Shown here one piece after another: positions 11,255 to 20,858 of a stretch of 32,425 nt of DNA. This DNA comes from Callorhinchus milii (lineage: Eukaryota). The stretch lies in the NCBI RefSeq assembly GCF_018977255.1, contig NW_024705599.1:1-32425 (forward strand). The letters run 5' to 3'. How positions within the stretch are numbered: the stretch's first letter is position 1; the number at the start of each line of letters is the position of its first letter. The notes beneath the pieces were generated by a model. The model had not been told where the DNA came from and did not search any database. It was given only the letters and a program-made list of their open reading frames with translations. The translations under genes and the position numbers were made by a program.

Positions 11255-11478
11255 AACCCAGCTTAAATATACGCTGCCAAACTTGGTGGTGTTCATTCGG
11301 ACGCTGTCTTTCCGACACCTGAGGACGGCTGCTTGCGTTGTGGCCGAAACGTCGTGAGAATTGTATTTTATTATGTTTTATTTGTATTATTTTATTATTA
11401 TTATTTCCCTTCTACGTGACTTTACCGAAAGAACCAAGAAGATGAATCCCTGCAGTCACGAAAGCTTTAAATCGAAAA
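11255..11478 (+). mobile_element. PLE terminal-repeat copy G (direct arm; 5' limit uncertain)
   Basis: TATA-like ttaaatata at 11263-11271, then HHR5, a T-rich spacer and the complete 3' motif at 11412-11474. Confidence 0.85.
11316..11356 (+). ncRNA. Minimal type I hammerhead ribozyme HHR5
   Basis: cac CTGAGGA c GGCTGC ttgcgtt GTGGCC GAAAC GTC^gtg. The core is identical to HHR4. Confidence 0.92.
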
Positions 11479-11505
11479 ATTGGTGTCTACCTGCTTATTT
11501 TCCAG

Positions 11506-11597
11506 GTACCATCACGATCGTGAGAGTACCGTATGCAACAATGACCGTGCTGTAACCTCTCTTGAACCGGGAGCTTCGACTCGTCACCTCTTGCAAG
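11506..11597 (+). other. Possible 5' UTR exon of the zinc-finger gene
   Basis: Acceptor ctgcttattttccAG (11504-11505) and donor caag|GTAAAG (11598). Confidence 0.3.
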
Positions 11598-12329
11598 GTA
11601 AAGTTGTGGCGAGGAGGGAGGGGGTCACCATGCTATAAAATAATGAGAGACGTTTAATGTTTTGTTATTTTATGTAGGTACTGTACCTACATAAATGATG
11701 ACTTGTGTCAATTCATGATAATACAGTGGTATGTGGTACTAACTTGGTCTTAAATTCCTACTTTACTCATGGCCTGCGTTGGTAAATGCAGAGATTATTG
11801 CGTGGTCGGTTACATTGGACCGTAGACTTGCTGTTATCTGTCCATAGTGGCTTAATATTCTTAAATGCAATACTCAGCTCTCCATCATCTCACCGAGTTT
11901 TCCCCCATCATAAAAGTTCACCTCAGTTCCTGAGACCCGTTCGTAAGTCGAATGGTTCGTCAGTCGCAACCCAATAATGCACTGAATTTAAATGCCCATA
12001 CGGTCGGTGTCATAAATTTGTTACGCGGCAACAAAAAAGGGAAGCATTGTTACAACTCATTAATAACAAAACATATTGTACATTTGCATGTGGTAAGTGC
12101 TATATAGTTATTAAAACATAAAATGAAGTAACATAAATAGAAAAAAAAAATCAGTTTTACGTTTACTGACCTTGAATCCTGACACTGGCTTGCTTGTCCG
12201 AAGGGGCACAATGAGTCACCACAATTGCTCATGCACACCACGCACGCACACACACAAATACAAAGATCTCGTGTATAGCCTTAACAGACTGTTGAGGCAA
12301 GTGCTGTTAGCTAGCACCTATGAAGACCG

Positions 12330-12547
12330 GCATGGCACGTGAGGAGGTCGGTGGCCAAAAGTACGCGCGGCCGCCTTTGTCTCCTGAGTGGCGATGTTTA
12401 CATACCGCACTAGATACTCATTTGAGGCTGAGTCGACCTAGGGGAGGCCCAGGACCGGATCAGATAATCGTCATTGGTGTTGACCATAAGCAGGAATCGT
12501 ACTCGGGTCGTCAGGTTCGTAGCACAGCTTGCTAACCGCTGCTACAC
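12330..12547 (-). mobile_element. tRNA-derived SINE
   Basis: The minus strand reads gtgtagcagcggttagc…ctacgaacctgacgacccgagtacgattcc, followed by the core ggtcgactcagcctcaaatgagtatc. Confidence 0.6.
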
Positions 12548-12759
12548 GACCGCTCCACACACGCTCACTTTCACACACACGCTCACTCACTTTCATAGGC
12601 ACAAATGTGCGCGCACACACAAACGCTCACTTCCCGTGCGAGGCTGACTCATTACATCTTGTGGAGGATCACTCCACTGAACAACATAGTTCCGCGGTTC
12701 AGTATGCAGGCCCAAGTTCGCGTTTTAAGTCAATGTAAACAAATCAGGAAGCTGGTTCT

Positions 12760-12810
12760 TAAGTGCGGATGTTCGTAAGTCGGGCATTTGTATGTCGATA
12801 ACTGCCTGTA
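12760..12810. mobile_element. Tigger/pogo-like DNA transposon terminal remnant
   Basis: gttcgtaagtcgggcatttgtatgtcgataactgcctg|TA resembles Tc1/mariner-pogo TIR ends. A related gttcgtaagtcgaa occurs at 11939-11952. Confidence 0.4.
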
Positions 12811-12914
12811 CTATCTTGATTTGAAGTTTTCGTGACTGCAGGAATCCATACTCTTTGGTTCTTTCGGTAAAGTCACGTAGGTAAAAAAATTAAACAAAAC
12901 AAAAAATAACATAT

Positions 12915-12955
12915 CACGACGTTTCGATCGCAACACAAGCGGTCGTCTTCAGGCG
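12915..12955 (-). ncRNA. Minimal type I hammerhead ribozyme HHR6
   Basis: Minus strand: cgc CTGAAGA c GACCGC ttgtgtt GCGATC GAAAC GTC^gtg. Confidence 0.87.
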
Positions 12956-13090
12956 TAAAAAATAATCCAGCGAGAGAGCTGTTACAACAAGGTAATATAA
13001 CCATGTTGTAACAGCTCTCGCTGGATTATATAACCTTGTTGTAACAGCTCTCTCGCTGGTTCAGCAGTTCCACTGCTGGATTATTTTTTC

Positions 13091-13131
13091 CTCCTGAGGA
13101 CGACTGCTTGTGTTGCGATCGAAACGTCGTG
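13091..13131 (+). ncRNA. Minimal type I hammerhead ribozyme HHR7
   Basis: ctc CTGAGGA c GACTGC ttgtgtt GCGATC GAAAC GTC^gtg. Confidence 0.85.
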
Positions 13132-13844
13132 ATCATTTTTTTTACCTACGTGACTTTACTGAAAGAACCAAAGAGTATACTGCCTGTACTCTTCTTCCAA
13201 TGTATTTTGCTGTTAAACATGTGTTTTTCTTGCTTTTTTGTGCACATATCAGAACTATTATCTACCCGGAGCAATCAAAATGTCTACAGAAGACTGTTTA
13301 ACATCACCTCACCATCAGGATGCTGATGTTTGTGATGAAGAGGACTTGATTGGACTTGCTACCACCACTTGTGATATGTCCGGTGTCTCTGGTGGATCTT
13401 CTCATGATGACCAGCAACAGCTGGACTTGAGCAGTGCTACATTTAAGGAGGAAGCTTTGAATGCTGAAGCCAGATGTCAACTCAATAGCCAAGATGCAGT
13501 CGATGACTTTTTCTGCACCAGTGAGTTTTATGAGGATGAAGAAAGTAACGAAGAAGTACATCTGATCAATTACATGAAGATGGCAGCATCGCCTATTTAT
13601 GATATAATGTGTGGCGATGAGATTAATAACAGTGCAGATGATTCTGATAGTGATGCTATCTCACCATTGCCAAAATTTAATAGCTTATCTGTTTCAGCAC
13701 TTAACGATTATATTGTCAGTGGTACTGGTTCCGAATCAAAACCAATTGTAGATAAACCATACCACGAGCCATCTAAGGGATGGACAACTGAAAGCTGTGC
13801 AGATGTACTAAGACATGAAGCAGCTTATGAAGCATTCAATTCAT

Positions 13845-15472
13845 GTCACCCAAACACAAATTTCCGAGAATCTCAGGGTCCATATAAAGATGTACTCAGA
13901 AATGAAAACAATTTAATGCTGGAAAACTATGAGCAAGGCAAAATTGTTGAGTTGCCTGGCATTGGTAATGAAGAGGTTAGAGAAAATAATTTTGTTGTAC
14001 AGCCAGTCCATCCAATGCAAATCCTAAAGCAGAGAAAGGCATGCAATATGGTGCACATTTCAGTGACGGAAAGGTCATAAATAGTCAAATAAATACATCA
14101 CATTGTGCCGCTGAACATGGACAAACCAAGAAGTGGGAGATGGTTGAAGAATATAAAGCCTCAAAAAATATCACATCACATATATCAGATTTGATGCAAG
14201 AGGACAATTTAAAACCGTGCCTCCAAGATGGTATTTGTGATGTAAATGCCATACTTTCTAACACACTACCCCTAGACGTTGCAGTAATCAATACAGGTTG
14301 TTGTACGATTCAAGAGCAATCTGATATTACAAAAAATGTTTTGCTTATGTATCAAAGCAAAACCAATGACTCACTTCAGAAAAATAGTCACCCAAACACA
14401 CATTTCCAAGAATCTCAGGGTCCATATAAAGATGTACTCAGAAATGAAAATAATTTATTGCTGGAAAACTATGAGCAAGACAAAATTGTTGAGTTGCCTG
14501 GCATTGGTAATGAAGAGGTTAGAGAAAATAATTTTTGTTGTACAGCCAGTCCATCCAATGCAAATCCTAAAGCAGAGAAAGGCATGCAATATGGTGCACA
14601 TTTCAGTGACGGAAAGGTCATAAATAGTCAAATAAATACATCACATTGTGCCGCTGAACATGGACAAACCAAGAAGTTGGCGATGGTTGAAGAATATAAA
14701 GCCTCAAAAAATATTACATCACATATATCAGATTTGATGCAAGAGGACAGTTTAAAACCGTGCCTCCAAGATGGTATTTGTGATGTAAATGCCATACTCT
14801 CTAACACACTACCCCTAGATGTTGCAGTAATCAATACAGGTTGTTGTACGATTCAAGAGCAATCTGATATTACAAAAGATGTTTTGCTTATCTATCAAAG
14901 CAAAACCAATGACTCACTTCAGAAAAATAGTCACCCAAACACAAATTTCCGAGAATCTCAGGGTCCATATAAAGATGTACTCAGAAATGAAAACAATTTA
15001 TTGCTGGAAAACTATGAGCAAGGCAAAATTGTTGAGTTGCCTGGCATTGGTAATGAAGAGGTTAGAGAAAATAATTTTTGTTGTACAGCCAGTCCATCCA
15101 ATGCAAATCCTAAAGCAGAGAAAGGCATGCAATATGGTGCACATTTCAGTGACGGAAAGGTCATAAATAGTCAAATAAATACATCACATTGTGCCGCTGA
15201 ACATGGACAAACCAAGAAGTGGGAGATGGTTGAAGAATATAAAGCCTCAAAAAATATCACATCACATATATCAGATTTGATGCAAGAGGACAATTTAAAA
15301 CTGTGCCTCAAGATGGTATTTGTGATGTAAATGCCATACTTTCTAACACACTACCCCTAGACGTTGCAGTAATCAATACAGGTTGTTGTACGATTCAAGA
15401 GCAATCTGATATTACAAAAGATGTTTTGCTTATGTATCAAAGCAAAACCAATGACTCACTTCAGAAAAATAG
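13845..15472 (+). repeat. Three near-identical 543-bp coding tandem repeats (181 aa)
   Basis: The unit start gtcacccaaacaca occurs at 13845, 14387 and 14930. Confidence 0.95.
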
Positions 15473-15949
15473 TATATCTTCAACTTGTGATAATTTATCT
15501 GATACGCAAGGTATGTACTCTGTTGATGATACTGCTGCAAACGTAAACATATGTGCAAGTAATGTAGTTGAAACCATTATTCAAAAACGTGTTTCAAAAC
15601 AAAATGAAAAACAAACTATTCGACAAATAAGTCGAGCAGATATGACTAATTACATAGATAATTCCTTCCTTAGTCGGAAGCTTTGGAAATGCCGTCTTTG
15701 TAACAAGATCTATATGACAAAGGAAAATTTGATTACTCACATGATAACACACTGCGAAGCTGGAAAAGACAGTGGCTTTAATTTAGAAAAGTGTCCTATC
15801 GAAAAGCAATCTGTAGATGTTGAAAACAAGCCATTGCTTTTCAGTCCTAGTATAAAAGTTGAAGGAGTTCATAAAAATAGTCCATGCTCATCTTGTGAGC
15901 AGATGCCTACCAAGCGGTGCACTCCAGTTCATGAAATTGCTATTTTAGA

Positions 15950-18900
15950 ATGTCTCCCTAAACACAATGAGATAAATACATTTTCCCAATTAAATCGAGC
16001 ATCTATGAACGATTACATCGACAACTCCTACATAACAAAAAAGTATGGCTGTAAGCTTTGGCAATGCCGAAAATGTGTAAAAAGATATACAACTAAGTAC
16101 AATTTCGTGACTCACATGTTGACACACTCTAAAACTGGAAAATGCATTGGCTCAAATATCTTTAGTCATGAGCTTCAACAAAAAACGGAAGGTGGTGTGA
16201 AGAGTGCAATGTTGTTCAATTCCAATAAAATAAGTGAAGTCTTTCAGAAAAATAATCCCTGTTCAACTTTTGACCACTTGCCTATGGAGCAGAATTGTTC
16301 CTCTACTGAAGCATCTTCTACAAAGCCAGATCTGTGTGCTCGTGGCATTGTGGATGGAGCTGTTGTTGCAGAATACGTCCCAAGACACAATGAGATCGTG
16401 ACATTTTCACAATTATATGGAGCAGCTATGAACAATTACATCGAAAACTCCTACATAACCAAAAAGTATGGCCGTAAGTTTTGGCAATGCCGAATATGTG
16501 TAAAAAGATATACAAATAAGGACAATTTTGTGACTCACATGTTGACACACTTTAAAACTGGAAAATTAATTGACTCGAATTTTAAAAGTCATAAGATCCA
16601 AGAGAAAACGAAAGTTATTGTAAACCGTGCATTGTTTTTCAGTTCTAGTAAAATAAGTGAAGTCTTTCAGAAAAAGAATGCCTGTTCAACTTCTGAGCAC
16701 TTGCCTATGGAGCAGAATTATTCCTCTCCTGAAGCATCTTCTACAAAGCCAGATCTGTGTGCTCGTGGCACTGTGGATGGAACTGTTGTTCCAGAGTACG
16801 TCCCAAGACACAATGGGATAATGAAATATTCCCAATTATATCGAGCAGCTATGAACAATTATATCGACAACTCCTACGTTACCAAAAAGTATGGCGTAAG
16901 CTTTGGCAATGCAGAAAATGTGTAAAAAGATATACAACTAAGTACAATTTCGTGACTCACATGTTGACACACTCTAAAACTGGAAAATGCATTGGCTCAA
17001 ATATCTTTAGTCATGAGCTTCAACAAAAAACGGAAGGTGGTGTGAAGAGTGCAATGTTGTTCAATTCCAATAAAATAAGTGAAGTCTTTCAGAAAAATGA
17101 ATGCCTGTTCAACTTCTGAGCACTTGCCTATGGAGCAGAATTGTTCCTCTACTGAAGCATCTTCTACAAAGCCAGATCTGTGTGCTCGTGGCACTGTGGA
17201 TGGAACTGTTGTTCAGAATACGTCCCAAGACACAATGGATAGTGACATTTTCACAATTATATCGAGCAGCTATGAACAATTACATCGACAACTCCTACAT
17301 AACCAAAAAGTATGGCCGTAAGTTTTGGCAATGCCGAATATGTGTAAAAAGATATACAACTAAGTACAATTTTGTGACTCACATGTTGACACACTCTAAA
17401 ACTGGAAAATGCATTGGCTCAAATTCTTTAGTCATGAGCTCAACAAAAAACGGAAGGTGTGTGAAGAGTGCATGTTGTTCAATTCCAATAAAATAAGTGA
17501 AGTGATTCAGGAAAATAATGCCTGTTCAACTTCTGAGCACTTGCCTATGGAGCAGAATTGTTCATCGACTGAAGTATATTCTACAAAGCCAGATCTGTGT
17601 GCTCGTGGCACTGTGGATGGAACTGTTGTTCTAGTATACGTCCCAAGACACAATGCGATAATGAAATTTTCACAATTATATCGAGCAGCTATGAACAATT
17701 ACATCGACAACTCCTACATACCAAAAAGTATGGCCGTAGGTTTTGGCAATGCCGAATGTGTGTCAAAAGGTATACAACTAAGTACAATTTTGTGACTCAC
17801 ATGTTGACACACTCCAAAACTGGAAAATTCATTGACTCGAATTTCAAAAGTCATAAGATCCAAGAGAAAACGGAAGGTGTTGTAAACCGTGCATTGTTTT
17901 TCAGTTCTAGTAAAATAAGTGAGGTGCTTCAGGAAAATAATGCCTGTTCAACTTCTGAGCACTTGCCTATCGAGCAGAATTGTTCCTCTCCTGAAGCATC
18001 TTCTACAAACCCAGATCTGTGTGCTCATGGCACTGTGGATGGAATTATCATTCCAGAATATGTCCCAAGACACAATGCGATCGTGACATTTTCACAATTA
18101 TATCGAGCAGCTATGAACAATTACATCGACAATTCCTACATAACCAAAAAGTATGGCCGTAAGCTTTGGCAATGCCGAATATGTGTAAAAAGATATACAA
18201 CTAAGTACAATTTTGTGACTCATATGTTGACACACTCTAAAACTGGAAAATTAATTGACTCGAATTTCAAAAGTCATAAGATCCAAGAGAAAACGGAAGG
18301 TGTTGTAAACCGTGCATTGTTTTTCAGTTCTAGTAAAATAAGTGAAATCTTTCAGAAAAAGAATGCCTGTTCAACTTCTGAGCACTTGCCTATGGAGCAG
18401 AATTGTTCCTCTCCTGAAGCATCTTCTACAAACCCAGATCTGTGTGCTCGTGGCACTGTGGAAGGAACTGTTCCAGTATACGTCCCAAGACACAATGAGA
18501 TAATGACATTTTCACAATTATATCGAGCAGCTATGAACAATTACATCGACAACTCCTACATAACCAAAAGTATGGCCGTAGGTTTTGGCAATGCCGAATG
18601 TGTGCAAAAGGTATACGACTAAGTACAATTTTGTGACTCACATGTTGACACACTCCTAAACTGCAAAATTAATTCCTCGAATTTCAAAAGTCATAAGATC
18701 CTAGAGAAAACGGAAGGTATTGTAAACCGTGCATTGTTTTTAGTTCTAGTAAAATAAGTGAAATCTTCAGAAAAAGAATGCCTGTTCAACTTCTGAGCAC
18801 TTGCCTATCGAGCAGAATTGTTCCTCTCCTGAAGCATCTTCTACAAACCCAGATCTGTGTGCTCATGGCACTGTGGATGGAACTGTTGTTCCAGAATACG

Positions 18901-19520
18901 TCCCAAGACACAATGGGATAATGAATTTTTCACAATTATATCGAGCAGTTATGAACAATTACATCGACAGCTCCTACATAACCAAAACGTATGGCCGTAG
19001 GTTTTGGCAATGCCGAATGTGTGTCAAAAGGTATACGAATAAGTACAATTTTGTAACTCACGTGTCAACACACTCCAAAACTGGAAAATCCCTTGGCTCG
19101 AATTTCCAAAGACATAAGATTCAAGAATAAACGGAAGGTGGTGTGAGCAGTGCATTGTTTTTCAATTCCGGTGAAATTAGTGAAGTGCTTCAGGAAAATA
19201 ATGCCTGTTCAACTTCTGAGCACTTGCCTATAGAGCAGAATTGTTCCTCTCCTGACGCATCTTCTACAAACCCAGATCTGTGCGCTATTGGCACTGTGCT
19301 TGAAACTGTTATTCAAGAATATGTCCCAAGACACAGTAAGATAATGACATTCACACTTATATTGAACAGCTATGAACAATTACATCGATAACTCCTACAA
19401 AACCAAAAAATATAGCCGTAAGTCTTGGAAATGCTGAATGTGTGTCAAAAGGTATACGACTAAGTACAATTTCGTGACTTATGTTAAGACACTCTGAAAA
19501 TGAAAAATTAATTGGCTCCA
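15950..19520 (+). repeat. About 423-bp (141-aa) coding tandem array, one C2H2 finger per unit, nine fingers
   Basis: Finger Trp codons at 16059, 16482, 16904, 17326, 17744, 18167, 18586, 19005 and 19426. Diverged related fingers at 15684 and 19776. Confidence 0.95.
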
Positions 19521-20654
19521 ATGTTAAAAGTCAAAAGATCCATGAGCAGACAGGTGAAGTGCTTCATAAAAATATTGCATGCAAAAACTTTGATAAGTTG
19601 TTGGCTGATCAACATTTTTCCACTGAATTATCTTCCAGAAACAAAGATTTTTGTGCAAATAGTAAAATGTATGGAATTATAAAAGAACACCATTCATTTG
19701 GTCAGATGAGTGAAAGAAATGTACAATTACATAGATGATTCCTACAAAGGAATCACAGTGTTTGGTAAAAATATTTGGCGATGCCATATTTGTGATAAAA
19801 GCTACATATCCAAGTACAATTTGGTGACTCAAGTTCACTCATCAATTCTAGAAAAAAATGTTCAAAGGGTAAAAAGCAGTTTTCTATGCACTTTGCCTTG
19901 ACAAGACACTTTCAGAACAAGTGTCGCACTCTCTAATACAATTGCAAAGTCTGTGAAAAGGCCTTTTCAAGTCGATGGATGCTCTCCCATCACCTGGCTA
20001 CATATAGATGTAGCCAGCTGATGGATTCGCGAGGGTTACGTTTTTTAAAACGCTCGCTTAAAACATCGGGGAGGAATGGTGAATGTTCCGTACAATAAAT
20101 AAAGATTAAATTATAAAGAACAATGGTTTGTATTACCTTTGATGAGAGAGGAAAGTGCAGATGCAATTTATTCTCTCATTGGAGCAATTAACAAGCAAGT
20201 ATGTATAAAGTAAAATGCACAATAGCGAGTTCAGAGGATCTTTAAGGTAGTATATATTCGTGGTACACGGGATCTCTGCGGGACTAAGAACAAAGTTGGC
20301 AGCCAAGGGGGTGCCTCATCTTCGCAGACAGTTTCAATTTAAAAATTCTGTGCGCACCTCCCTGCTGTCGATGGTCTGGCAGATACACTCGCAAATACTG
20401 GAGTCCAGCCAGTCGCGAATAGGGAATTAGTATGCATTAAATTACTCTAATCCAGAACGTGTGAATAGTGACGGTTTGCTGTATTGCATTGGCAGCTCAT
20501 GGCTCCCGTGTTCTGGTCTCAGGTGAATTGCACAGGTGGATGAATTTATCATTGGAAAGGGAAAGCAATGCTTAAGAATGCACAATTACACCAGTTCTCC
20601 AGGGAAGGTGCGTTAAATCCACATGCTCATATGGTGGGAGACAATCCGGACACC

Positions 20655-20858
20655 TGTATAGTTAGCATGTTTTCCGTTCTCACGTGGATTTTTCTCATGA
20701 TCCTCTAGTTTGTATCTCCACATTTAGAATCCACGTGCATTTAGAGTATTTGGCTGCGATAAATTTCCACACGATAAGCCACTTCGTTGAGCTGGCATTT
20801 GTGGCCAGGTCACTTCTAAAAAAGCTATATAGCTCAGTGAGCCTTACCTGGTAAAATA
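20655..20858 (+). mobile_element. Degenerate V-SINE-like element with L2-like tail
   Basis: gttagcatgttttccgttctcacgtggatttttctc…tctccaca resembles the V-domain. The 3' end ctcagtgagccttacctggtaaaata resembles L2-type tails. Confidence 0.35.

Larger units (their letters stand above)
12813..13178 (-). mobile_element. PLE terminal-repeat fold-back insertion H with two divergent hammerheads
   Basis: Full minus arm (HHR6), palindromic centre, short + arm (HHR7). Exact 12-bp TSD actgcctgtact at 12801-12812 and 13179-13190. Confidence 0.92.
13280..20098 (+). pseudogene. Large multi-C2H2 zinc-finger protein gene, fragmented by frameshifts and stops (pseudogene or assembly indels)
   Basis: Polypyrimidine tract and AG at 13251-13252, ATG at 13280 with A at -3. 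The overlapping ORFs 13238-14080, 14041-15330, 15303-16925 and 17597-18622 join by frameshifts. The motif WQCRxCVKRYTTKYNFVTHMLTH recurs, and a terminal finger CKVCEKAFSSRWMLSHH lies near 19943. Confidence 0.8.

Noticed and set aside
11412..11474. SECIS element or second hammerhead in the 3' motif (contains ATGA and CGAAA)
   Set aside because: No CUGANGA core, and no SECIS-type AUGA/GA quartet helix could be drawn.
6531..13178. CRISPR array or bacterial REP-like repeats
   Set aside because: The copies are irregularly spaced, lie in both orientations and have individual TSDs. The context is eukaryotic, with no cas-like ORFs.
6531..13178. Classical MITE (DNA transposon) interpretation of the inverted arms
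   Set aside because: The arms are asymmetric, ending about 30-40 nt apart on the consensus, and their inner junctions vary. They carry hammerheads and lie next to a PLE RT relic.
13304..18540. Repeated minus-strand and alternative-frame ORFs in the zinc-finger region
   Set aside because: They are shadows of the tandem coding repeats.
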